The position numbers were made by a program, and so were the translations under genes. This document shows, in pieces, positions 19,827 to 28,889 of a DNA stretch of 64,000 nucleotides (positions are counted from its first letter, which is position 1; every line of letters starts with the position of its first letter). The DNA is from Bacteroidales bacterium (GTDB lineage Bacteria > Bacteroidota > Bacteroidia > Bacteroidales > UBA1715). The stretch covers positions 37,375 through 101,374 of the forward strand of contig JAZRVS010000045.1 of NCBI GenBank assembly GCA_045599365.1. Reading direction: 5' to 3'. The notes under the pieces are model-generated. The model ran no database searches and was not told the DNA's origin. It saw nothing but the letters and a program-made list of their open reading frames with translations.

Positions 19827-21552
19827 ATTTTTTTGAATATTTGCGATTTCGTATGAAATAAACGATTAGTCCAACAATTGCTAATATGATTATTGGAATC
19901 AATACGTTAATTGTTTGCCAGAATGTTTTTTCTTCAACAATTCTATTCTTGTTTAACAAGCGAATTGTAATTTCTCGAGATCGAATTGATAGTAAATCTT
20001 CATCGCCACAGAGGTAACTCACGGCGTTAATGAAAAAGTCAAGATTCCCAACGTATGTCCGTTTGTCAAACGAAAAATATTTGTAGAAATAGAGTGGCTT
20101 TGGGATAGTGTCGCCATTAGTAACATCTATTTCGTTGCGGATAATGTCTCCATCAGAAACAACTATAATTCGATTGTGTTCAGATGAATCTTTTTTTACA
20201 AACTTCTTAGCTTGTAATGAGTCAAGTGAAATTGGTGATTTGCGAGATTGATATAACGAATTACAATTACCTTCTATTAAAACTGCGGTTGGTACATAGT
20301 ATTTGTTGAAAAATTCTTTGTTAGGTTCGTTTTGTAACACATTGAACCCAACCATATTAGGCGTTTGAATTACGCGAGCATACGCAGACGAAGTTAGCAG
20401 AATAGTTTTTTCTAAATGACCATTCCCGTCAATTGTATCAAGCGAACTTGCAAATTCTGATTTAACAACGTCTATACCTTTGGTAATGACGTGTTTTTGT
20501 GGTTTGAAAAGTGGAAAATAAAACCATGGAACTGGGGCAAAACGAGGTTGCTCTCCAAAATTTGATACGTTCATTGGAATTTTAGCACACTGATTATCCA
20601 ATAATATGGTCTGATTTATGCGAACACCAATGTTGAACAACAAATCCGATATATTCAATTCTTTTGGCATTGCGTAAGTGAATGAACTCGTTTTGAGAGA
20701 GTCCATGCTCACGTCAATATTGTCGGAAAGAAACAACAAATTACCATTGTACATTAGGTATTGGTCTATGATGAATTTTTCTTCTTCTGAGAATGCTTTT
20801 GTTGGTTCATCAACGATTATTACGTCGTATTTTAAGATTGAATCAAGCAATTGAGTCGGTGAAATTCTATCAACATTATACAAATCGAGTAAAGCAATAG
20901 TTGCGTTGTATGTGTGCAATAGAGGATGTTCGCCATTGCCAGTGAGGAATGCAATGTTTTTACGCTCTTTTGCAGTTAGTTGTTTTATTGATTTTACGCA
21001 TTGATACTCAAGGTTTTGCAATGCTTCATTGATTTGTTCTTCTGGAGTATTCCCCATTGTGTTTAAAAGCATATTTACCGTAACAAACTTTTGTGATGTG
21101 GAAATTATCATTCCTGGAATCACAAATCGTTGTGTCATTTTTCCCGTTTCGTCTTCTTCTTGAATGGTATAAGGTGCAAGACCATAGTCTTTATTTAATC
21201 GAGAAATGGTGTGCTTAAAATTCTTTGCATCTCCAATAGATTGTGGATCAATGAATTTGAAAAGAAATTTGTCTTTCCCTGCAATTTCTTGAAATTCAGT
21301 AAGTAAATCAGAAACTTCTCGTTCCATTTTTACAAACGAAAGCGGTAAATCGCCTGTAAGATAAACTGTTACACGAATAGTATCATCTAAATTTTTTAGA
21401 ATCTCTTTTGTTGAATTTGTAAGGGTAAAACGACCTTCTTCAGTTAAATCGAATCGAAAATGTTTAATGCTACTTATCCATAAAACTACCAACAGTACAA
21501 TCAACGAGATTGCAATGTCTTTACTTGTTTTATATGATTTATTTGCACTCAT
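19816..21552 (-). CDS. gldG: gliding-motility ABC transporter accessory protein GldG
   Basis: 578 aa with N- and C-terminal TM anchors. Directly follows gldF. Overall GldG-like pattern ([12 protein letters not shown]...TGNGEH...). Confidence 0.75.
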   Translation of the reverse strand: MSANKSYKTSKDIAISLIVLLVVLWISSIKHFRFDLTEEGRFTLTNSTKEILKNLDDTIRVTVYLTGDLPLSFVKMEREVSDLLTEFQEIAGKDKFLFKFIDPQSIGDAKNFKHTISRLNKDYGLAPYTIQEEDETGKMTQRFVIPGMIISTSQKFVTVNMLLNTMGNTPEEQINEALQNLEYQCVKSIKQLTAKERKNIAFLTGNGEHPLLHTYNATIALLDLYNVDRISPTQLLDSILKYDVIIVDEPTKAFSEEEKFIIDQYLMYNGNLLFLSDNIDVSMDSLKTSSFTYAMPKELNISDLLFNIGVRINQTILLDNQCAKIPMNVSNFGEQPRFAPVPWFYFPLFKPQKHVITKGIDVVKSEFASSLDTIDGNGHLEKTILLTSSAYARVIQTPNMVGFNVLQNEPNKEFFNKYYVPTAVLIEGNCNSLYQSRKSPISLDSLQAKKFVKKDSSEHNRIIVVSDGDIIRNEIDVTNGDTIPKPLYFYKYFSFDKRTYVGNLDFFINAVSYLCGDEDLLSIRSREITIRLLNKNRIVEEKTFWQTINVLIPIIILAIVGLIVYFIRNRKYSKKYVG

Positions 21553-22275
21553 TTATTTCCTCTTTTTAGCAATTGAGAGTGTTGTAAAATATAAGAACAA
21601 CACAATAAAACTGATAAAATAAATTATATCTCGAGTGTCAATTACACCACGACTAATTGAACTATAGTGTTCGTTTATTCCTATATTTGAGAGAACAGAA
21701 AGCATTGGAACAGCTTCGGCAATAAAATCAAAACCGATAAAAAATACAAAACAAATAACTGCTGATAACACAAAGGCAACTATTTGATTTTCAGTTAATG
21801 AGGAGATAAGTGTTCCAATAGACAAATACATTCCACCAATAAAAAACAATCCGATGTATGCTCCAATTGTCGCGCCTGTATCAATGTCTCCAACAGGACT
21901 TCCCAAAGAATATACTGTTATGTAATAAAGTATTGTCGGTAGTAAAGCACAAAACAATAATACTAATCCTGCAAAAAATTTACCTAAAACAATTGCCCAA
22001 TTCGACAGTGGCATCGTGAGCAAAAGTTCTATTGTTCCAGATTTGATTTCTTCACTGAAGAAACGCATTGAAAGCGCAGGAATTAAGAATAGAAAAATCC
22101 ATGGAGCTAAAATAAATAGACCATCAATATTTGCATATCCAGTTTTGAGTACATTAAATTGGCTATCAAATACCCACAAAAACAAACTAGTTGCGAGTAG
22201 AAACACCATCAAAATCAGATACCCAATAAGTGAACTGAAAAAACTCGTTAATTCTTTTGAAAATAAACTTCTCAT
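21553..22275 (-). CDS. gldF: gliding-motility ABC transporter permease GldF
   Basis: Close by-eye match to Flavobacterium GldF: FSKELTSFFSSLIGYL, FSEEIKSGTIELLLT, ENQIVAF and ISRGVIDTRDIIYFIS. ATG 22273-22275 is preferred over the GTG at 22281. Confidence 0.85.
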   Translation of the reverse strand: MRSLFSKELTSFFSSLIGYLILMVFLLATSLFLWVFDSQFNVLKTGYANIDGLFILAPWIFLFLIPALSMRFFSEEIKSGTIELLLTMPLSNWAIVLGKFFAGLVLLFCALLPTILYYITVYSLGSPVGDIDTGATIGAYIGLFFIGGMYLSIGTLISSLTENQIVAFVLSAVICFVFFIGFDFIAEAVPMLSVLSNIGINEHYSSISRGVIDTRDIIYFISFIVLFLYFTTLSIAKKRK

Positions 22276-22289
22276 AATCACTCCATCAG

Positions 22290-22297
22290 CAAAGATA
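22290..22297 (-). promoter_or_regulatory. -7 promoter box (TATCTTTG on minus strand) for gldF
   Basis: Plus-strand CAAAGATA is the reverse complement of TAnnTTTG, about 15 nt upstream of the gldF ATG. Confidence 0.45.
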
Positions 22298-22557
22298 CAA
22301 ATTTCATTTAAAATATAACAATTAAGACCTTTTTATATGCTTACAAAAGGGGAAAAATTATAAAATTACTTTTTGAATAAGTAGTTGTGAAAAAGCAATT
22401 TGTCTTTTTGAATGCATCGTGGTTAAATAAATTAAGGTTTTAAGTGCTAAATATTTGACTATAAACTAATAAATAAAATAATTTGGGCGTTAATTTCTAT
22501 AGTTGTCAATTTTTATTAAAATTTTAGTGTGGTTAAACTGTTATTCCCGCTATTTCA

Positions 22558-22565
22558 TATATTTG
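22558..22565 (+). promoter_or_regulatory. -7 promoter box TATATTTG for the GH13 gene
   Basis: TAnnTTTG match 19 nt upstream of ATG 22584. Argues against the track start at 22503. Confidence 0.5.
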
Positions 22566-22583
22566 CAAAATAGTGTGTATGAA

Positions 22584-24293
22584 ATGAATACAATAAATAT
22601 TTACCAGATTTTCACTCGTCTTTTCGCGAATCAAAATGAGACGAACAAAGAGTTCGGAACAATTGAAGAAAATGGTTGCTCTAAATTCAACGATATAACG
22701 GCAACAGCTTTAGAAGAATTAAAGAAGTTTGGCGTAACTCACGTATGGTACACTGGCGTCATTCGACACGCTTCTTGTACTGATTATTCAAAATATGGTC
22801 TTTCTGTGGACAATCCGCGTGTGGTGAAGGGTCGCGCAGGTTCTCCGTATGCTATAAAAGATTATTTTGATGTTGATCCTGATTTGGCGACGAATGTAAA
22901 AAATCGAATGAAAGAATTTGAGGATTTGCTTGATAGAACTCATAATGCAGGGTTGAAATGTATTATGGATTTTGTCCCAAATCACGTTTCTCGAGAATAT
23001 AAATCTGAAAATATTCCTACAGGAGCAACGTCTTTAGGTAGTTATGACGATGTTAATTGTGCGTTCTCGCCAAATAATAATTTCTATTATCTTCCTGATG
23101 ATGAACTTCATTTGCCAAATGATTTGGACATGCCGTACGTTGAAAATGCACCAATTTATCATGAATATCCTGCAAAAGTTACAGGGAATGACGTGTTTTC
23201 TTCGTATCCATCAAAAAATGATTGGTACGAGACAATAAAATTGAATTATGGCGTTGATTATCAAAATTATTGGGAAACACATTTTGACCAAATTCCTGAT
23301 ACTTGGATACGAATGTTGGAAATTCTCACTTTTTGGGCTAAAAAAGGTGTTGATGGTTTCCGCTGCGATATGGCAGAAATGGTTCCCGTTCAATTTTGGG
23401 GTTGGGTTATCCCACAAATCAAGGAAATTAATCCTGAGATAATTTTTATTGCGGAAATTTACAATCCTGATGCATACGCAAATTATTTAAATAATGGTCA
23501 TTTTGACTATTTGTATGATAAGGTTGGTTTATATGACACTCTTCGTTTAATTATTGAAGGAAAAGGTTCCGCTCGATACATTACAGATTATTGGAAACGG
23601 ACAGAGGGTTTTACAGGGAAATTGCTTCGTTTTTTGGAAAATCATGACGAACAGAGAATTGCATCTCGTTTCTTTGTCGGAGAACCAGAAAAAGCTGCAG
23701 TTGCAATGGCAGTATTGGCTACTCTCAATCCTGGACCTCTTATGTTGTATTTTGGACAAGAAATTGGAGAGAAAGGAATGGAAAAAGAAGGCTTTAGTGG
23801 TATAGATGGTCGAACAACGATTTTTGATTATTGGAGCCTGAAGGAATATAACAAATGGGTTAATGGAGGAAAATTTGATGGAGGAGGTTTGTCTCAATAT
23901 CAAAAAGATTTGCGCTACTCGTATGGTAAAATGCTTAATTTCCGCTTGCAATCCGATGTGTTACAGAATGGTGCTTTTTACGACTTAATGTGGAAAAATT
24001 ATGGAGGAAACCTTAATGCAGACAAAATTTATGCTTTCCTTCGTTACACCAATGAGAAAAAAATGTTGTTCGTGTTGAATTTTGATCAACAAGAATCTCA
24101 TTCATTCCGTCTTTTTATAGGAGAACATGCTCTGAATACAATTTGTTGTCCAAAAGAAGGAACATTAATCATAAAAGAAGAATTTGTTGAAGGTTTTGTT
24201 GACCAATTCCCTCTATCAGAAGTTCTTGAAAAAGGATTACCAATATTAATTTTGCCGAATTCGGTACTTATTTTTGAATTACAATGGAAATAA
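22584..24293 (+). CDS. alpha-amylase family (GH13) glycoside hydrolase, no signal peptide
   Basis: GH13 regions DFVPNHVS, GVDGFRCDMAEMVP, IFIAEIY and FLENHDEQR. Confidence 0.85.
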   Translation: MNTINIYQIFTRLFANQNETNKEFGTIEENGCSKFNDITATALEELKKFGVTHVWYTGVIRHASCTDYSKYGLSVDNPRVVKGRAGSPYAIKDYFDVDPDLATNVKNRMKEFEDLLDRTHNAGLKCIMDFVPNHVSREYKSENIPTGATSLGSYDDVNCAFSPNNNFYYLPDDELHLPNDLDMPYVENAPIYHEYPAKVTGNDVFSSYPSKNDWYETIKLNYGVDYQNYWETHFDQIPDTWIRMLEILTFWAKKGVDGFRCDMAEMVPVQFWGWVIPQIKEINPEIIFIAEIYNPDAYANYLNNGHFDYLYDKVGLYDTLRLIIEGKGSARYITDYWKRTEGFTGKLLRFLENHDEQRIASRFFVGEPEKAAVAMAVLATLNPGPLMLYFGQEIGEKGMEKEGFSGIDGRTTIFDYWSLKEYNKWVNGGKFDGGGLSQYQKDLRYSYGKMLNFRLQSDVLQNGAFYDLMWKNYGGNLNADKIYAFLRYTNEKKMLFVLNFDQQESHSFRLFIGEHALNTICCPKEGTLIIKEEFVEGFVDQFPLSEVLEKGLPILILPNSVLIFELQWK

Positions 24294-25114
24294 CACTTGG
24301 CTTTTCTTCGTGTCCAAACGATACCTATACGTTTGATGCCCTTGTACATAAAAAAATAGATACAAAAGGCATTGATTTTAAATGTCTTATTGCCGATGTG
24401 CAGGAGCTCAATCAGCGAGCTATGATAGGCGATTTGCAGATGACTAAATTGAGTTATTTTGCGTATGCTCACGTGTTTGAAAATTATCAGATTTTAGATG
24501 CTGGTAGTGCTTTGGGTTTTGCTAATGGACCATTATTTATTTGTAAGAAGGGAAATGAGGCAAACATCAATAAAAATTCAAAAATTCTTATCCCAGGAAA
24601 AGAGACTACGGCAAATCTTTTGTTTTCAATGGCATATCCAGAATTTCAAGATAAAACAGAATGCTTGTTTTCTGAGATAGAATCTCGCATTATGAGTGGA
24701 GAGTACGATGCAGGAGTCATTATTCACGAAAATCGCTTTACGTATGCAGAACGTGGATTTTCAATGCTACGCGATTTGGGAAATTTTTGGGAATCGGAAA
24801 CGCATACACCTATCCCTCTTGGCGCAATTACTATCCGTAGAGATATGCCAAATGAGTTAAAACAAACGATAAACGATTTATTGCGAAAAAGTATAGAGTA
24901 TGCTCATGAACACCCAATGGCTTCTCAATCGTTTATTCATCAATATGCCCAAGCAATAGAAGATGATGTATTGAAAAAACATATCAAACTATTTGTCAAT
25001 GATTTTAGTCTTTCTCTTGGGAAACAAGGAAAAAATGCAATTGAAACACTTTACAAACGAGCAAAACAGGGTAAAATTATAGAACAAATCCCAACGGAAA
25101 TGTTTATAAAATAG
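24284..25114 (+). CDS. mqnD: 1,4-dihydroxy-6-naphthoate synthase (futalosine pathway)
   Basis: LGFSSCPNDTYTFDALVH, MTKLSYFAY and YDAGVIIHENRFTY. Overlaps the upstream gene by 10 nt. Confidence 0.8.
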   Translation: MEITLGFSSCPNDTYTFDALVHKKIDTKGIDFKCLIADVQELNQRAMIGDLQMTKLSYFAYAHVFENYQILDAGSALGFANGPLFICKKGNEANINKNSKILIPGKETTANLLFSMAYPEFQDKTECLFSEIESRIMSGEYDAGVIIHENRFTYAERGFSMLRDLGNFWESETHTPIPLGAITIRRDMPNELKQTINDLLRKSIEYAHEHPMASQSFIHQYAQAIEDDVLKKHIKLFVNDFSLSLGKQGKNAIETLYKRAKQGKIIEQIPTEMFIK

Positions 25115-25121
25115 TGTTGTT

Positions 25122-25541
25122 ATGGAAGAAAAAACAATTTACGAAGGTTCTCCTTCACAATGGACAAATACAAAAATATTCGTTTTATGCGGGTTGTTTT
25201 GTTGGTTAATCATCCCTATTTTTATAGCTGTTTATTTTTATCTTTTGGTAAAAAGCACTAAAACAACAATAACAACAAAACGAATCCTTCTCGAACGCGG
25301 ACTGTTTTCTAAGAGAATAGATGAAGTTTTGTTGAAACGAGTTACTGATACTAAAATATTTGAACCATTCCTACTCCGTTTGGTTGGACTTTCAAATATT
25401 ATGGTTTTTTCAACAGATAAGACAATACCATCATTTGAAATTAGTGCAATTGGTGATGGCAGACGTGTTTGGAATGAATTACGTGCTGCAATAGAAACTG
25501 AGAGAAAAGAAGTTCGAGAATTTGAGCAACGTTTTGCATAA
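25122..25541 (+). CDS. membrane protein with bacterial PH (YdbS/bPH_2-like) domain
   Basis: A TM hairpin is followed by ITTKRILLERGLFSKRIDEVLLKRVTD... Confidence 0.6.
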   Translation: MEEKTIYEGSPSQWTNTKIFVLCGLFCWLIIPIFIAVYFYLLVKSTKTTITTKRILLERGLFSKRIDEVLLKRVTDTKIFEPFLLRLVGLSNIMVFSTDKTIPSFEISAIGDGRRVWNELRAAIETERKEVREFEQRFA

Positions 25542-25584
25542 ATGGTATTATTTTTGATTTGAATGACAGCAGAACGATAATGAA

Positions 25585-26169
25585 ATGAAAAAAATAGTCT
25601 TATTATACATATTGTTGTCGGTTGTTTTTTGTTCATACGCTCAAGAAACAAAAAAATATTACGACCTACCTGGAATTGTTGTTGATGGCGATACGTTAGC
25701 ACTCATTAAATTACAAAAAGTATATGTTTTCCCTCAAATGAAATTTGCTTCTGATGTAGAGTACAAAAGCTATCGTAAACTTGTTCGTGATGTGAAGAAA
25801 GTGTATCCGTATGCCCAACTTGCAAAGAAAACATTTAACGAAATAGAACAAATTATGGATTCTTTGCCCAATAATAAACAACGCAAAAAATACATAAAAG
25901 AAAAAGAGGATGAATTAGTTGCTCGCTATGCAAAAGAACTTATTTCAATGACGGTTCGTCAAGGAGAAATTCTCATAAAACTTGTTGACCGCGAACTTGA
26001 ACATTCTGCATTGGATTTGATTAAAGAATTGCGTGGCGGTTTTGCAGCAACAATGTGGCAAGGTGTTGCTAAAATGTTTGGCGAATCGCTCAAAACAAGT
26101 TATGATCCAACGGGAGAGGATTTGCTCATAGAGAGAATTGTACTTCAGATAGAGCAAGGGTCAATTTAG
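25585..26169 (+). CDS. DUF4294-family secreted protein
   Basis: Signal peptide. VKKVYPYAQLAK, TVRQGEILIKLVDRE, LIKELRGGFAATMWQG and KTSYDPTGED are recalled as the DUF4294 pattern. Confidence 0.6.
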   Translation: MKKIVLLYILLSVVFCSYAQETKKYYDLPGIVVDGDTLALIKLQKVYVFPQMKFASDVEYKSYRKLVRDVKKVYPYAQLAKKTFNEIEQIMDSLPNNKQRKKYIKEKEDELVARYAKELISMTVRQGEILIKLVDRELEHSALDLIKELRGGFAATMWQGVAKMFGESLKTSYDPTGEDLLIERIVLQIEQGSI

Positions 26170-26293
26170 AGAGATAAGAGTTAAGAATTAAGAGTTAAGA
26201 GATGTGTTTGGCGTGGATTCTTGCCAACGTGTGTATTGTTTCTTGTTTTTGAAACTTTATCTACAAATGAATCCTACTTCTCAATTATCATCA

Positions 26294-27250
26294 TTATTTT
26301 TTTCGACCAATTAGAAAAATTGAACCAATCAAAGTCGGAATGGCTATGTTAATGAGCCAAATGAGTAAACTGACTTGAAATAGAATAGTAGCATTGTCAG
26401 TAAATAATTGAAATACAAATATTGCCACAGAACCTCGAATGCCAATTTCACCTAATATTGCTGTAGGACAAATGGTTGTGAATAAATACATTAAAGAAAT
26501 TCCTATGAATATTTCCACAAAACTTAGTTCTGGGATAAGCATAGCAATAAGTATCCCAAATTGACTGCCAAAAACAATGTAGCGACACATACTTAATAGA
26601 AACGTGCGTAATAAATCGTGTCGGTTATATTTTTTTTGAAGTGTTACAAGTTGTTTAAAATACTTATTCCCTAACAATTTGAGTAATAGTTTTTTGAACC
26701 ATCGTTTGTTGTGGCACAAATAAATAAAAAGTATTAAACATAGTATTAGACAAAGAGAAAGGTACGATGCATTTGTAATCATTTCGTTGTTGTTGCAAAA
26801 CAATACAAAACAAATTATTCCCAAGATGCCCATCAATAACGTAGTTCCTAATTGAGTTAAACTACCCAAAAAAGTGGCAAATACAGCATCTTTTCTATTT
26901 TGATTTAACACAATTGCGCGTCCGCCAAGTTCTCCAATTCTATTAGGTGTGATGAGAGCAAGAGGTAATCCAACCAACACACCAGAGACTGCTTTGGTAA
27001 ATGATATTGGTTGGCTACAATTTACTAATTTTTGCCATTTGAATGATTCCAATCCCCAGTTGACAAACATTAACAAAAACACAAAAACAAACGGAATGAC
27101 GTGAAAATTTTTGTCATTGAAAATTAGAAATATATCTCCGTCAGTTGTTTTAAATTTATAGACAACATACACCCACGCAATCACGAAGATTGCGATTTTC
27201 AATATCCAAATACAAATTTTTTTTGCCACAAATGTATGTTTCATTGGCAA
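26294..27250 (-). CDS. UPF0104/flippase-like (LPG-synthase TM-region family) membrane protein
   Basis: About 8 TM helices and a GELGGR motif (IGELGGRAI). Confidence 0.5.
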   Translation of the reverse strand: MPMKHTFVAKKICIWILKIAIFVIAWVYVVYKFKTTDGDIFLIFNDKNFHVIPFVFVFLLMFVNWGLESFKWQKLVNCSQPISFTKAVSGVLVGLPLALITPNRIGELGGRAIVLNQNRKDAVFATFLGSLTQLGTTLLMGILGIICFVLFCNNNEMITNASYLSLCLILCLILFIYLCHNKRWFKKLLLKLLGNKYFKQLVTLQKKYNRHDLLRTFLLSMCRYIVFGSQFGILIAMLIPELSFVEIFIGISLMYLFTTICPTAILGEIGIRGSVAIFVFQLFTDNATILFQVSLLIWLINIAIPTLIGSIFLIGRKK

Positions 27251-27313
27251 ATATACAATTAAATGCTATTTGATGTTTTTGCTATAAAATCAATTCTTCT
27301 CCTTGTTGTAATA

Positions 27314-27505
27314 TCAAGAAGTCATTTTGTGGATACGTTGTAATCCCTCTTTCCCTTCTAAACTATACACACAATCGGAAAGATATAAATCGTAGCCAAT
27401 GAGTTTGCCACTTTTAGTTTTTATAATAAAACCAGCTTGACCTACAGAAAATAAATGTGTTTTCCCAAGTTCTGCGTTTAAAACTATTTCACTGAACTTT
27501 CTCAT
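27314..27505 (-). pseudogene. 63-codon remnant resembling the N-terminus of an MBL-fold hydrolase
   Basis: THLFSVGQAGFIIKTKSGKLIGYDLYLSD resembles the first beta-strands of UlaG-like MBL proteins. The ORF stops before any HxHxDH motif, and I see no continuation in other frames. Confidence 0.35.
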
Positions 27506-27527
27506 TGCCGTTTGGATGAAGATGAGG

Positions 27528-28889
27528 TTATCGTATTACCGAGAATGAAATACCTTTGATTTTTCGGTACATTTCCAATGAATACACATCCGTCATACCA
27601 GAGATGAAATCAAGTACAGAAAATATTCTTCGGAACGAGTCATCGTCTTCTGAAATGAGTTGAGAAGGTAATAAACTCAATAATTGTGAGGTATAAAGAT
27701 TTTCATCTTTTCGTAATGCTGCAGTAACAAATTCTTGTAATAATTCACTTAAAATTCTATGGCCAGCAACTTGAATTTCAATTACTTCGCGAGAATTATA
27801 AATACGTTTTGTTGCTAATTCTGCTAAATTCTTAAATGCTTCTTTTGGAGTTCCTTCCAACGATTCGGTAAGAGACGAAAAGAATTGACCATTCATAATT
27901 GCGTCATAGTTATTCCAAAATACAGAAACGCAATCGGTTATCAGTTTATTGATAGTTCGTGAACGAAGAATGACCATTTGTTCATTTTCATCAGTAATGC
28001 CTTTCAAAGCTTTTTCTAACGCTGCAAGTGCTTTTTTGTCTTCTTTTGAATCAAAAAATGCGAGTAATAATTTTTTTGCTTCTTCGGTAGAAATGATGCC
28101 AAGTCGATGAGCATCTTCAAGGTCAACAATTTGATAGCAAATGTCATCGGCAGCTTCCATTAAAAAAACTAATGGATGGCGACCATAAATAGTTTTGTTT
28201 CCGTTGTAAGATATCAGACCTAATTCTTTTGCAACTTTTTGTAAAATGGGTAATTCCGATTGGAAAACGCCATATTTGTGATATGGAGCTTTCCCAGAAA
28301 TGTAATCACTTGATGAACACGGATATTTTAGTAAGGTTCCAATAGTTGCATAGGTTAGTGCAAATCCGCCAGTTCTTCGTCCTACAAAATGATGTGTTAA
28401 CAACCTAAGAGTGTTGGCGTTACCTTCAAAATTGATTAAATCAAGATATTGTTCTTTTTTTATAAGAGAATCAATGTTGTTTGCATCAATTTCTTTGAAA
28501 TAGCGAGAAATTGCTTTTTCTCCAGAGTGTCCGAACGGTGGATTTCCCAAATCGTGAGCTAAGCAAGCAGAAGATACAATAGTTCCAATACTATCAAGTT
28601 GTTGTGGAGGCACGTCAATTCCTCGCTCAACAAGACCATTTGCAACCATATTTCCAAGCGAACGACCAACGGAAGCGACTTCCAAACTATGGGTTAGGCG
28701 GTTGTGAACGAAAATACTTCCAGGTAAAGGGAAAACTTGCGTCTTGTTTTGCAAACGGCGAAACGGAGAAGAAAAAATAATTCTATCGTAGTCGCGTTGA
28801 AATTGAGAACGAACATCTTGGGAGTGGGTTTCAGTTTCCATCCCTAAGCGTTTGGGTGATAATAATAAATTCCAATCAAGCATAGTCAT
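27528..28889 (-). CDS. dgt: dGTP triphosphohydrolase-like HD protein
   Basis: RLTHSLEVASVGR and CLAHDLGNPPFGH. 453 aa. Its ATG shares one base with the stop of the giant upstream gene (TAATG). Confidence 0.9.
   Translation of the reverse strand: MTMLDWNLLLSPKRLGMETETHSQDVRSQFQRDYDRIIFSSPFRRLQNKTQVFPLPGSIFVHNRLTHSLEVASVGRSLGNMVANGLVERGIDVPPQQLDSIGTIVSSACLAHDLGNPPFGHSGEKAISRYFKEIDANNIDSLIKKEQYLDLINFEGNANTLRLLTHHFVGRRTGGFALTYATIGTLLKYPCSSSDYISGKAPYHKYGVFQSELPILQKVAKELGLISYNGNKTIYGRHPLVFLMEAADDICYQIVDLEDAHRLGIISTEEAKKLLLAFFDSKEDKKALAALEKALKGITDENEQMVILRSRTINKLITDCVSVFWNNYDAIMNGQFFSSLTESLEGTPKEAFKNLAELATKRIYNSREVIEIQVAGHRILSELLQEFVTAALRKDENLYTSQLLSLLPSQLISEDDDSFRRIFSVLDFISGMTDVYSLEMYRKIKGISFSVIR

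Noticed and set aside
26170-26293. Direct repeat AAGAGTTAAGA-ATT-AAGAGTTAAGA and a TTGGC/GCCAA hairpin after the DUF4294 gene as a possible small RNA.
   Set aside because: The element is short and AT-rich, with a weak 5-bp stem. It is most simply the 3' UTR or terminator region between convergent genes. The shared 11-mer with the metK leader is noted in the findings instead.
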